64,000 nt of DNA from Leptospiraceae bacterium. Lineage in GTDB: Bacteria; Spirochaetota; Leptospiria; Leptospirales; Leptonemataceae. The DNA lies in NCBI GenBank assembly GCA_040217195.1, contig JAVJNR010000004.1:224001-288000 (forward strand), written 5' to 3'. Shown here piece after piece: positions 29,743 through 39,480 of the stretch (positions are counted from its first letter, which is position 1; each line of letters opens with the position of its first letter). Both the position numbers and the translations under genes were made by a program. The notes under the pieces were generated by a model. The model was not told the DNA's origin, made no database searches, and saw only the letters and a program-made list of their open reading frames with translations.

Positions 29743-29787
29743 TCGTTTGCATTTATTTTTTCATTTTTCTTGTTCGGAGAGTAAGAT

Positions 29788-30492
29788 GTGACTATGGAAC
29801 CGTCCGGTCATTCGAAGAAAAATCATCCCTCTTATCCAGCGCTACAGGCCCTGCAGGCAATGCATCTACTGGTCAGGCTGGAAGAAGAATGTATGGCGGA
29901 GCCCTGGAATGAGAGAATGATCGAAAGCCAGTATGGCCGTGCCAATCAGCTGATACTCTTCATCGATAATAAACACAGGCTCTTCTCAAAAGAAAGTAAT
30001 TCCTCAGAGAGCCGGAAGGCCGTGCCTGGGGCTGAAGCTGGAGCTGGAGCTGGAGCTGGAAAAGAGACCACGAAAAGCAACTACCCGGCACCAGGGAGCC
30101 CGGACAATAATTCTATGGAAGCCGGCACCGCAGAGGATTCCGCTGAAGGTATCTGCGGCTATATCTGGATGGAGGATAGGTCCATGCCGGTCGGGGAAGA
30201 CCGGAAGATATCGGATGACCTGGACTCGGAAAATCAGTGGGAGCTTTTAAGGATTGGTGTATTGCCCGATTTTCGGGGCCTCGGGCTGGCAAAACGTCTG
30301 ATTCAATCGGCCCTGCAGGGCAGCTGGCAGGGCACTCCGGACCGGGTCCTGCTAGAAGTGGCCCAGACCAATGAATCCGCCCGCGCTTTATATGAATCCT
30401 GCGGATTTCTGATCATCAACCGACGCAAGAACTACTATATGGATTCCGATGCTCTAATCATGGAAAGGAAGGAGCGCAGCCATGAGACCTGA
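29788..30492 (+). CDS. GNAT acetyltransferase, RimI-like, with a low-complexity insertion
   Basis: IGVLPDFRGLGLA, LEVAQTNESARALYESCGF, RRKNYY. Confidence 0.85.
   Translation: MTMEPSGHSKKNHPSYPALQALQAMHLLVRLEEECMAEPWNERMIESQYGRANQLILFIDNKHRLFSKESNSSESRKAVPGAEAGAGAGAGKETTKSNYPAPGSPDNNSMEAGTAEDSAEGICGYIWMEDRSMPVGEDRKISDDLDSENQWELLRIGVLPDFRGLGLAKRLIQSALQGSWQGTPDRVLLEVAQTNESARALYESCGFLIINRRKNYYMDSDALIMERKERSHET
30031..30060 (+). repeat. In-frame hexamer repeat GCTGAA(GCTGGA)4 encoding AEAGAGAGAG
   Basis: Directly visible in the sequence. Confidence 0.85.
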
Positions 30493-30841
30493 ACCCATTG
30501 GGCCCTATGATGAACTGTTTTTATTTTTGATTCAGTTTCTGATTCTGACCTTCATCTATTATACCATGATATCCAGTGTACTGTATATACCCTGGCTTGG
30601 GAAATGGATTCGAAAGCCGGTGGGACGCCTGGTTCATGGCATAGTATTCATTCTGGCAGCCATTGTTTTGATCTACTTTCTGGTGCCTATGAGACTCATC
30701 CATTCACTCTTTCCCAAAGCAGATCTGGATACATTACTATGGGCTGATGTGGTTCTATCCGGCCTGGCCCTGTTTCGCGGCGCTATGCTCTGGGAGCATC
30801 TATTCGGATGGCTTCAGCAGAAATTTCCTACCGGTGGGTAG
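30482..30841 (+). CDS. Small hypothetical membrane protein (about 3 TM)
   Basis: Overlaps the GNAT stop; SD AAGGAG upstream. Confidence 0.7.
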   Translation: MRPEPIGPYDELFLFLIQFLILTFIYYTMISSVLYIPWLGKWIRKPVGRLVHGIVFILAAIVLIYFLVPMRLIHSLFPKADLDTLLWADVVLSGLALFRGAMLWEHLFGWLQQKFPTGG

Positions 30842-30945
30842 TGGCTCAGCGATCCTACCAGACGGTTTGAATCTATGAGCCTATGGGCTAATCTGCGGAC
30901 GGGGACTTTCATCGCACCGGTCCTGGCCCGGGGCCCCCATCTCCA

Positions 30946-31656
30946 TTACCTCTTCGCCGCTTTCTTTTTCGAAGACTTCTTCTTGTTTCGATCTAAATAG
31001 GCATTCATTTCAGCAGGTGTCTGAAACAGATAGAGATGATCCTTGCCCACTCTGGAGCAACCATCCGGAGAATAATCCCGACACAGTTGAGGTCTGGTTT
31101 CATAAATACTGCACATACCGTTGGCCAGAAGCTTATCACAGGGAGTCTTGAATATGATAGCCCAGGTCTTGTCATGATCGATGTAGATTTCTACGTTTCT
31201 ATGTAGTAGATACCAGGTGTAGAGATCGCGCTGATCGTTGGACCTGGGATACTCAAGAGGCACGGTGATATACATGCAGCATCCGTGGCACTTCAAGCAG
31301 ATCTCGGTTTGGTCCATCTGCTTTTCATTTTCAAACCTGGGAAATGTAAGATTGATTTCGCCGGCTGTCTTTAGCTGCGGCATGCCTTCTGAGGTAGAAA
31401 AGTCCTCTGTAAAATTAAGCTCTCCTTCACGTTTTGGAGTCTTGTTCTGCGCTTTTGCACTCTCTTTCGCATAGACGCTGGAGCTTTTCTTACTTGCCGG
31501 TGCAGATTTTCCGGCTGACTTCTTCGCAGATTTCTTAGTCGATTTTTTGGATGGACTATTGACATCGCCGCTTTGAGCGCTTCCGACCCTCTTCTTCGCC
31601 GATGTTTTCGACTTCTTCGCTGCGCTGGTCTTTTTCTTTTTCTGGGCTAGTGCCAT
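30946..31656 (-). CDS. YkgJ-family cysteine-cluster (CxxCxxCC) protein with Lys-rich tails
   Basis: CLKCHGCC...PCDKL...CSIYETRPQLCRDY...C; SD AGGAG. Confidence 0.88.
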   Translation of the reverse strand: MALAQKKKKTSAAKKSKTSAKKRVGSAQSGDVNSPSKKSTKKSAKKSAGKSAPASKKSSSVYAKESAKAQNKTPKREGELNFTEDFSTSEGMPQLKTAGEINLTFPRFENEKQMDQTEICLKCHGCCMYITVPLEYPRSNDQRDLYTWYLLHRNVEIYIDHDKTWAIIFKTPCDKLLANGMCSIYETRPQLCRDYSPDGCSRVGKDHLYLFQTPAEMNAYLDRNKKKSSKKKAAKR

Positions 31657-31700
31657 TCTAATTCTCCTAATTCTGCTTTGCGAAGCAAAGTCACATTTTT

Positions 31701-32834
31701 CTATCGCTTCGGTAGCGATTCTTCGGGGCCGGCAAGCACCGGTTCCCTTTCCAGCCAGACTCCGCTAAACTCAAATACTCGATTCTGTACCTTACGAGCC
31801 AGGTTCATTAACGCTGCCGTCGATCCATCACGATTTACCAGAGCCAGACTATGACTGCGTGAAATTCCCACTCCGTTCTCGGAGTAGCCTTTTGAGAAAC
31901 CTGAGTTTTCCACCAGCCAGGCAGCGCTTAACTTGTATGAATCCCCGGACTCAAAACAGGGAAAATCCACAACGCCAGCCTGCTCCATTCTGGATTGGAA
32001 TTCCTGGCGCTGGCCGGCCGAAATAACCGGATTCAAAAAAAAGCTCCCTGCAGATCTGGACTCGGGGTCGGATTCATCCACGACCATGGACTTCTTTTTT
32101 CGAAGGGCCAACACTGCATTTCGTAGTCGTAGCAAGGCATCTGCTCTTTCTTCTGGACGGGGCTGGATGTTATGATCAGTTTCCCGGAATGAGGCGCCAT
32201 CGCCGGTGGAAAGAGGATTAAGTGCCTGTCGTAATTCCTCGTACCGAGGCTCCTGAATCTGCACTGTGGACAGACGAAATGCCACACCGATTACAATGTA
32301 GCGATCTCTATCGTAGGACTTAAATCGACTCTGACGATAATTGAATTCGCATTCTTCGTTGCTAAATACAATCTGCTCAAAAGTGATTCGGTCCAGACAG
32401 CGCACCGAAACAATGGTCTGGGATACCTCTTGTCCATAGGCGCCCACATTCTGAATAGGAACAGCGCCCACCGAGCCGGGAATCCCGGACAGACATTCAA
32501 CACCGGCCAGACCGGCAGAAATACAATACTGCACAAATCCATCCCAGGACTCACCGGAAGCAACATCCAGAGTCACCGAAGTTTCGTCCCTTTCGATTGT
32601 CTCAATACCCCTGGTAGCAATGTGTAATACAAGTCCAGGAAATCCCGAGTCCGAAAAAATCGTATTGGATCCACCGCCCAGCACATACAGTGGCAGTTTC
32701 TTATCTCTGGCGATGGATAGTCCCTGCAGTAATTCTTCCAGGGTAGTTGCTTTCAAATAAGAAACTGCCTGGCCGCCAAGCTTCAAAGTCGTAAGCGGGG
32801 CCAGCTCTATTTGACTTTGAACGATGGAAGTCAT
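31701..32834 (-). CDS. murB: UDP-N-acetylmuramate dehydrogenase
   Basis: LGGGSN, GIPGSVGAVPIQNVGAYG, SAGSFFLNP, HSLALVN, LEREP. Confidence 0.96.
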   Translation of the reverse strand: MTSIVQSQIELAPLTTLKLGGQAVSYLKATTLEELLQGLSIARDKKLPLYVLGGGSNTIFSDSGFPGLVLHIATRGIETIERDETSVTLDVASGESWDGFVQYCISAGLAGVECLSGIPGSVGAVPIQNVGAYGQEVSQTIVSVRCLDRITFEQIVFSNEECEFNYRQSRFKSYDRDRYIVIGVAFRLSTVQIQEPRYEELRQALNPLSTGDGASFRETDHNIQPRPEERADALLRLRNAVLALRKKKSMVVDESDPESRSAGSFFLNPVISAGQRQEFQSRMEQAGVVDFPCFESGDSYKLSAAWLVENSGFSKGYSENGVGISRSHSLALVNRDGSTAALMNLARKVQNRVFEFSGVWLEREPVLAGPEESLPKR

Positions 32835-33778
32835 TTAGATCTTTCGCTTGCCTTGGCTTTTTGATAGATATCTTCCAGCTGATCCAGGTTCAGTTCTTCC
32901 AGGGGGACTTCGCTTATTTCTTCCATTTTGCGAAACCTGACCATAAATTTTTCGCAGGTTTCATGAATCGAAAGTTCAGCGGGTACATCCAGGTGACGAG
33001 CCAGGTTAACGACACAGAAGAGTACATCTCCCAATTCTCCAGACAGCTCCTTCTTTAATCTGGCAGTGGCATGGGCGGAGTCCATTGCTGCAGTGGGCTC
33101 GGATGACTCTAACCTTTCAATAAGTTCATCCAGTTCGGCCAGTTCTTCATCCAGCTTCGCTCGCACATCTTTAATGTTGGTCCAGTCAAAGCCTTTTAGA
33201 GCCGCCTTCTTCTGGAGCTTCTCTGCACGATGCAAGCCTGGTAAATAGGCGGTATTCTTTCCAAAATCGGAAGATGGCTTTCCGTCTCGCAATGCACTGC
33301 CTACATCGCCCTGGCCATCAAGTAGATCGCTTGATTTTGATTCAGATTTGCCTTGCTTTTCTTTCTCTTTGAGCTTTTCCCAGTTCTTTAGCACTTCGCC
33401 TGCTCCGCTCAGTTCCAGATCTCCAAATACATGGGGATGGCGAAAGATAAGCTTATCTACGCTGGCCCGGGCCGCATCGTATAGATTGAACCAGCCATTT
33501 TCTTCTGCAAGGCGTGCGAAAAATATAATCAGAAAAAGCAAATCCCCCAGCTCCTCTTTGAAGTTCTCCACATCTGAACTGGCAATTGCATGGATTAGCT
33601 CATGGGCCTCCTCCAGCAAATGAGGCTGCATGCTTGTTAGATCTTGCTTGCGATCCCAGTCACAGCCTCCCGGTTCTCGAAGAATGGCTGCCAGTTCGAC
33701 CATGGCCTGAACATCGTGCCGGGCTTCTTCAATACGTTTTAGCTTTTCGGATGCAGATGACGAAGGAGTGGAATTCAT
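32831..33778 (-). CDS. mazG: Nucleoside triphosphate pyrophosphohydrolase
   Basis: GCDWDRKQ, EEAHEL, EELGDLL, RHPHVFG, GFDW, ELGDVLF. Start taken at 33778 (ORF track gives 33868). Confidence 0.93.
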   Translation of the reverse strand: MNSTPSSSASEKLKRIEEARHDVQAMVELAAILREPGGCDWDRKQDLTSMQPHLLEEAHELIHAIASSDVENFKEELGDLLFLIIFFARLAEENGWFNLYDAARASVDKLIFRHPHVFGDLELSGAGEVLKNWEKLKEKEKQGKSESKSSDLLDGQGDVGSALRDGKPSSDFGKNTAYLPGLHRAEKLQKKAALKGFDWTNIKDVRAKLDEELAELDELIERLESSEPTAAMDSAHATARLKKELSGELGDVLFCVVNLARHLDVPAELSIHETCEKFMVRFRKMEEISEVPLEELNLDQLEDIYQKAKASERSK

Positions 33779-33839
33779 TTTTCCGGAGATAGCCTGGAAA
33801 TTATTGGACAGAGGGATGGGAGCCGATGCTCTACGTAGC

Positions 33840-34334
33840 ATGAAAAAGACCTTCCGATATGAAGGCAATTCCTTTATTCTAGACCTTCAAACCAATGCCG
33901 GGCAGTATAGCATTTCGCGTCAAAATGAAGATGCGAATGAGCTATTGGGGTCCGCTCATGGGTTTCGATTTCTGGATAATGAACGATTCGAGCTGCATGC
34001 TCAGGATGGAATCATAGAAGGAACCTATTATTTCACAGACCAGGATTTCTTTCTTCATTTAAACGGCAAGAACCTGCACTTCCAACCAGTTCAGGCAGAT
34101 GCAGCGCTTTCAGATTCGGATCTGGCCTATAAGAGTCCCATGCCCGGAAAACTCATTCGCATGTCCGTGCAAGAAGGTGCTGAGGTAGAAGAAGGTCAGA
34201 CTCTTTTCGTGGTTGAAGCCATGAAAATGGAAAACCAGGTAAAAGCCCGCCGGTCAGGTAAAGTAGCTGAGATAAATGGAAAAGAAGGTGATCTGGTCAA
34301 TCCTGAGGATGTGATCGTCACTCTCGCTGAGTGA
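33840..34334 (+). CDS. Biotin-carrier (biotinyl domain) subunit of an acyl-CoA carboxylase
   Basis: SPMPGK, EAMKMEN biotinylation motif, N-terminal beta-rich linker. Confidence 0.9.
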   Translation: MKKTFRYEGNSFILDLQTNAGQYSISRQNEDANELLGSAHGFRFLDNERFELHAQDGIIEGTYYFTDQDFFLHLNGKNLHFQPVQADAALSDSDLAYKSPMPGKLIRMSVQEGAEVEEGQTLFVVEAMKMENQVKARRSGKVAEINGKEGDLVNPEDVIVTLAE

Positions 34335-34345
34335 CAGCAACGAAG

Positions 34346-34365
34346 TCCGGCCTTTAAGGGCCGGA
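34346..34365. terminator. Hairpin between convergent genes
   Basis: TCCGGCC-TTTAAG-GGCCGGA. Confidence 0.5.
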
Positions 34366-34377
34366 ATCGCTTCTGGC

Positions 34378-34530
34378 TTACTTTTTGCCCTTCAATTCCT
34401 GAAGATAGCTCTGGCGCTGCTGAAAGCGCTCCTTTGCATTCAATCCCTGCCACGCTTTTTTCAGGTCCTTTACATTGGATCCAGTCTTGTCAGCGTACCG
34501 CTTGAGAAGTTTGGCCGTTTTCTCGTTCAT
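34378..34530 (-). CDS. Small basic protein (50 aa)
   Basis: MNEKTAKLLKRYADKTGSNVKDLKKAWQGLNAKERFQQRQSYLQELKGKK; C-terminal part of the 145-aa track ORF, whose upstream part overlaps nadB. Confidence 0.65.
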   Translation of the reverse strand: MNEKTAKLLKRYADKTGSNVKDLKKAWQGLNAKERFQQRQSYLQELKGKK

Positions 34531-34705
34531 CGCGTCCAGTAATGGGAAAGCAGATCTGGAGTCAAGTCTGTACCCGATCCATTCACGGCTGCAGAGATTT
34601 CTACAGAATTTGACTGCCGCCTCACTGCCTGGACACCACAGAAAACTCCAGATGCCAATGCTCCGGGCGTCGGACGGCCCTATCGGGGGCAAGCTCTGAT
34701 CTGGC

Positions 34706-36310
34706 TCAAGAAGTGCGCCATCGCTCTGTATATGTATTACTGGGATCCCGATTTTCCGGAAAATCTGTGTTAAAGTGCAGTCCCCGGCTTTCCTGACGCT
34801 CCAGAGCCGATTCAATGATTAGACGGGCAATAAGCACCAGGTTTCGGAGCTCCAGGATCTTGTTCTGTAGCACGGTCCGCTTGTAGAAATCCATGATTTC
34901 GTCGTAGAGTAAATTAATGCGTCTAAGGGCCCGATTCAGTCTAAGGGTGGATCGAACAATGCCCACGTAATTCCACATGATGTGTCGAATCTCACCGAAG
35001 TTATGCTGCACAAGAATCCATTCCTCAGGGTTGAGCAGTCCTTCCTTCTGCCATGCACGAACGGCCGGCAGGCTATTCGCAAGAGGAAGGGAATCATCCG
35101 GAATAGCTTCTGCAATTCGATGAGCAAATACCAGTCCCTCGAGCAAACTGTTGGAAGCCAGTCTGTTTCCTCCATGAACTCCGGTGCAGGCCACTTCACC
35201 CACCGCGTACAGTCCAGCCAGACGGGTACGTCCGTAAAGATCGGTTCGAACACCGCCGCACATATAATGAGCGGCCGGAACTACAGGAATGGGCTGCCGG
35301 GCAATATCGATTCCTCGCTTCAAGCAGGTGGCATAGATATTGGGGAAACGGGCCATCAGTTCCTCTTGATCTGTTTTTGAACAATCCAGCCAGACATGAG
35401 GTGCACCGCTTTTCTTCATTTCTGCATCTATGGCGCGGGCCACAATATCCCTTGGTGCAAGCTCCATTCTCTCATCGTAACGATCCATAAAAGGTCGCTT
35501 CTCATGATCCAGTAGCCTGGCACCAAAACCTCGAAGTGCTTCCGTAATCAGGAATGAATTCTCTCCTGGCATGTACAGCGAAGTAGGATGGAATTGATAG
35601 AATTCCATGTTCGCAATCACCGCCCCGGCCCGATAGGCCAACGCAACTCCATCGCCGGTGGCTACGTCTGGATTGGTATTATGCAGATACACCCGGCCGG
35701 CTCCGCCCGATGCAAGGATGGTTGCTCTTGCTCGAATAATGCTGATTTCCCAGGTGTTACGATCGTAGACGTAAGCTCCGTAACAGGCAGGTGGCTTATC
35801 TCCAGGAGACTCTTCCCCTTCCACATGATAATTGGTTATTAATTCTACACCGCAGGTGTATTCCAGAAGTTCTACACCCTTTCGGTTCACCGCATCCACC
35901 AGAACATCTTCCACTTCTTTTCCGGTTAGATCTCCAGAATGAACAATTCGATTGGCACTGTGGCCGCCTTCTCGACCCAGATGCAGGTCTCCCTTTGCGT
36001 TACGGTCAAACTCAGCTCCCATTTCCATCAATTTATGGATATGCCGAGGTCCTTCAGTAACCAGGATTCGCACAGCTTCCGGATCGCATAAACCGGCACC
36101 AGCATCCAGGGTATCCTGAATATGACTTTCAAAGCTATCTGTTGTGGCCAAAACCGATGCAATACCACCCTGAGCATAACTGGTATTGGCTTCCACTACG
36201 TTGGACTTGGTAATTAGAAGAACCTTGCCATGGTCAGCCAGATGATAGGCTGCATACAGGCCGGACACTCCACTACCAATTACCAGGAAATCGACTGTAC
36301 GTTCTGCCAT
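34706..36310 (-). CDS. nadB: L-aspartate oxidase
   Basis: IGSGVSG, SYAQGGIA, REGGHS, QFHPT, LAPRDIVAR, AHYMCGG, GVHGGNRLASNSLLE, ESRGLH. Confidence 0.97.
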   Translation of the reverse strand: MAERTVDFLVIGSGVSGLYAAYHLADHGKVLLITKSNVVEANTSYAQGGIASVLATTDSFESHIQDTLDAGAGLCDPEAVRILVTEGPRHIHKLMEMGAEFDRNAKGDLHLGREGGHSANRIVHSGDLTGKEVEDVLVDAVNRKGVELLEYTCGVELITNYHVEGEESPGDKPPACYGAYVYDRNTWEISIIRARATILASGGAGRVYLHNTNPDVATGDGVALAYRAGAVIANMEFYQFHPTSLYMPGENSFLITEALRGFGARLLDHEKRPFMDRYDERMELAPRDIVARAIDAEMKKSGAPHVWLDCSKTDQEELMARFPNIYATCLKRGIDIARQPIPVVPAAHYMCGGVRTDLYGRTRLAGLYAVGEVACTGVHGGNRLASNSLLEGLVFAHRIAEAIPDDSLPLANSLPAVRAWQKEGLLNPEEWILVQHNFGEIRHIMWNYVGIVRSTLRLNRALRRINLLYDEIMDFYKRTVLQNKILELRNLVLIARLIIESALERQESRGLHFNTDFPENRDPSNTYTERWRTS

Positions 36311-36311
36311 A

Positions 36312-38189
36312 TCAGGGCCGAGGATTCTTTTTCAGAGCATCTATATAGGCGATGGCACGGATCAGAGCAGCATCTGGCTTGATAGCATCGCTTTTATGAT
36401 CTCTAAGGAAATTTTCCGCAGATTCATTTTCGCCCACGGTTTTTTTCAGAGAATCCACCCAGGCCTGACGACCAGGCTTCTTTTTCCTCTCCTGGAGTTC
36501 CGGTAAATGCTGCCACATGTCTTCTTCCCGGAAACGAGGAGGAAAGGAACCATCTGCCTCCGGAGAAATGGCAACATCGGGGTTAACACCATAAACCTGG
36601 ATTGTATATCCATCCGGTGCATAGTAGCGAGCTGTGGTAAGTTTAATAATTACATCACCCAGACTCTCCAGGCTTTGCACAGTGGCCTTTCCAAAGCTTC
36701 GTTCCCCTACAATCAACGCTGCATTATGATCCTTAAGAGCGGATGCCACAATTTCGCTGGCGGAGGCAGATCCGGCATCAATCATTACAATGAGAGGAGC
36801 TTCTGCGGAATGCAAGAATATGGGCCTTAGATTATTCTTTTCTTCTTTAGAATCCCGACGGCCTTTGATCTCCACAACCTCCAGGCCTTTGGGCAGGAAA
36901 AGTCCCGCTACCTTGATTGCTTCTCGGAGATCTCCCCCCGGATTGCCGCGAAGATCCAGAACCAGACCTTCCAGTTTTCCATCTGCCTGGTTTACCAGAG
37001 ATTCATATTCCTCGCGAATTAGATCCGAAGGATAGGTTCTATCAAAAAGAAAAGAAGATAGCTTTATAACACCGATTTTCTGAGTGCTAAAACCCTTGAG
37101 CGGCGAATCGGGTATGTAAGTAGAAGATACCGCTTTTTGCTCGATTACACCTCTACGAATCGAAATATCAAGAGTTTCCAGGGTTGTTGGACGTTCCACA
37201 GTTAAAGTAACGGTGGTGTCCCTGGGACCTCGAATCTGCTTCACAACGTCCGAAAGAGGAAGACCTTCGATACTGTTATCATCCACTTTTTTGATGATGT
37301 CACCGGCTCGTAGCCCGGCTTTCAATGCAGGTGAGCCCGGCAGGGGAGTTTCTACGATTACTTCGGAGGAGCCACCGCCGCGAAGCATTGCACCAATTCC
37401 TTCAAAAGTAGAATCTTCGGATTCTTTGCGAATCTTATCCCAGGTCTGCATATCCAGAATGGCACTGTGCGGATCCAGACTCTTGAGAAAGCCGTTGGCG
37501 GCCGCAAAATAAACATGATTCAGTCCAAAACTGGATGGATCAAAATCCGGAGCTTCGGACTGGGATTGCGTATCTGGCGGTGTAATGTAGTTATCTCGAT
37601 TGGTCTCAATCCAGGTGACTACCTTGAGAAAATCTTCTCTGGAAAACTGGATTTTCTGCCATGCATCGTCCAGGGCTCTTTGTTCGGATTGTATCTGTTC
37701 CCGGACTTCCTGAGCCTTCTGCGCACGTTCAGACGTATTCAGGCCCTGCCGTTCCTTCTGCTCCTGTTCTTCAATAGTATTTCGTTTCTTTTCATAGGCA
37801 GTCCAATCCGGTTCCAGCACTACATAAGGAGTTCCAGAGAACTCTCCGATCAACTTTCCAGGAATGATGCGAATGGGACGCAAAACCTGGTTCTGATTCT
37901 GATAAAAGCTTCTGGGGTATAGAATCAGGGGATAGGGAAGAGCACGGAGAGCAGATTCCGCCGCTCCAACATAGCCGCGGCCCGTATCCACTCCTGGATC
38001 TATGTAGTTGTCCAGAGCATATTTCACTATGTCATCGAAGTTATCCTGACCGAACTGGGCCGGAATATTCTTGCTCTGAGCTGGATCACAACCGCAGAAT
38101 GCAAGGAAAGACAATGAAAGAAAGAGAACAAGAGTACCTGAGAGCTTCACAGAGTGTACTGGGAACCATGTCCGGTGTTTTGTCGACAT
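36312..38189 (-). CDS. S41 C-terminal processing protease (PDZ), lipoprotein
   Basis: LDPHS, FEGIG, PDZ, LDLRGNPGG, SASASEIVA, SFGKATVQ; LAFCGC lipobox. Confidence 0.93.
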   Translation of the reverse strand: MSTKHRTWFPVHSVKLSGTLVLFLSLSFLAFCGCDPAQSKNIPAQFGQDNFDDIVKYALDNYIDPGVDTGRGYVGAAESALRALPYPLILYPRSFYQNQNQVLRPIRIIPGKLIGEFSGTPYVVLEPDWTAYEKKRNTIEEQEQKERQGLNTSERAQKAQEVREQIQSEQRALDDAWQKIQFSREDFLKVVTWIETNRDNYITPPDTQSQSEAPDFDPSSFGLNHVYFAAANGFLKSLDPHSAILDMQTWDKIRKESEDSTFEGIGAMLRGGGSSEVIVETPLPGSPALKAGLRAGDIIKKVDDNSIEGLPLSDVVKQIRGPRDTTVTLTVERPTTLETLDISIRRGVIEQKAVSSTYIPDSPLKGFSTQKIGVIKLSSFLFDRTYPSDLIREEYESLVNQADGKLEGLVLDLRGNPGGDLREAIKVAGLFLPKGLEVVEIKGRRDSKEEKNNLRPIFLHSAEAPLIVMIDAGSASASEIVASALKDHNAALIVGERSFGKATVQSLESLGDVIIKLTTARYYAPDGYTIQVYGVNPDVAISPEADGSFPPRFREEDMWQHLPELQERKKKPGRQAWVDSLKKTVGENESAENFLRDHKSDAIKPDAALIRAIAYIDALKKNPRP

Positions 38190-38248
38190 TTTTAGATTTC
38201 CTTTTCCATGGGTGGCAGAAAGAAAAAATACTTCGTAATTATAGATCC

Positions 38249-39184
38249 ATGCCTGAAGAATCCAATGGATTCAATCGGGCGGTCCAGGCTCCCGTTTTGC
38301 GGTTGATCCCTGGTCTTGGATGGGCGCTGATCTGCGCCATTTTTCTATCGTGCCATCAAACTGTATCTGAGCCCTATTACCTGATTCTGGATCGTGCAGT
38401 CAAAGAATACTTTTTGCCCGATGGGGACAAATCCGAAGGACTGCGTTTACTTCAGGAAGCCTGTCATGGGAACGAGGATTATCCGGATTTGCTCTGTTAC
38501 AATGCAGGAGTACTGCTACTTCGCGAAAACAGACCGGAGGAAGCTCTGGATTACTTCGAGAAGGCTCATTCCTTACACGATATTCCTCTATATAGAAGCG
38601 CCGTGCGAACAACCAGGCTTGAACTGGAAAAAATCGGCGATGGAACTTATCGAGAAAAGGCCGATCAAATCATCCTGGGTTGCAAGAAGCAAGAAATAGC
38701 CACCGTCGATTTGATAGAAGAGGCCCTGGGGTCGGATTCCAGTCCACGGTTGCAGCAATTTGCCTCTCAGCCATTAATTGAAAATTGTATGAATGAAATA
38801 GCCTCTGGTACCCGCCAGAAGGACCTTCTTGCAAGGATTCAGACAATTCGCAATAATTTACCGGATCTGAAATCCGAGCTACGAGAGCTGGAGCTGAATC
38901 AGCATCCTCTAAACAGATTGTGGAATCCGTTCTGGAAATATGGAGAAAATCCCGGCGGCTTTCCTGCCGTGGAAGCGTGGGCGGCTACACTTGATGCAGC
39001 AAAGCAGGGTTCTTCGGCCGGAGCTGAACAGGCAGCCCGTCGTTTCTTTTCTCTGGCAGAACTACGGGGAAGTGACCAGGGGGTGGCATTACGTCGCGCT
39101 GGAGCTCTGTTAATTCTACAGGATCCATATTTCAATGGTGTGCGCAGTGGTGGATTAAAAGCCCTGGCCCAATCAAATCTGTAA
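38249..39184 (+). CDS. TPR-containing putative lipoprotein
   Basis: IFLSC lipobox; YNAGVLLLRENRPEEALDYFEKA TPR. Start uncertain. Confidence 0.7.
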   Translation: MPEESNGFNRAVQAPVLRLIPGLGWALICAIFLSCHQTVSEPYYLILDRAVKEYFLPDGDKSEGLRLLQEACHGNEDYPDLLCYNAGVLLLRENRPEEALDYFEKAHSLHDIPLYRSAVRTTRLELEKIGDGTYREKADQIILGCKKQEIATVDLIEEALGSDSSPRLQQFASQPLIENCMNEIASGTRQKDLLARIQTIRNNLPDLKSELRELELNQHPLNRLWNPFWKYGENPGGFPAVEAWAATLDAAKQGSSAGAEQAARRFFSLAELRGSDQGVALRRAGALLILQDPYFNGVRSGGLKALAQSNL

Positions 39185-39207
39185 CATCGGATTCCGATAA
39201 TCTATTC

Positions 39208-39450
39208 ATGGAAGGGAAAACCGGCGAAGACCTGAATCAGCAGGAACGAAATACCATTCAAGAAGCCCTGGCGCTGTCCCAGACAGATCCAGGAGGTCCT
39301 CGTGCTCCAGGGGAAAAGGTTGTAAACCTGAATGTGTATCGTATTCAGCGAGCTCTGCGACAGGAAGGTTTCGATCTAATTCGAGATGATAGTGGAAAAC
39401 TCACTCTGGTCCTGCGAGTGAATAAGGAAGATGCCAACGGTCAGACCTAA
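39208..39450 (+). CDS. Small hypothetical protein
   Basis: 80-aa ORF 23 nt downstream of the previous gene and co-oriented with it. Confidence 0.6.
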   Translation: MEGKTGEDLNQQERNTIQEALALSQTDPGGPRAPGEKVVNLNVYRIQRALRQEGFDLIRDDSGKLTLVLRVNKEDANGQT

Positions 39451-39480
39451 GACCAGTTGCCCGGGACTCATGGCCTGAGG

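Noticed and set aside
34531..34815. N-terminal extension of the 145-aa ORF
   Set aside because: Overlaps the nadB 3' end in another frame; only the last 50 codons look protein-like.
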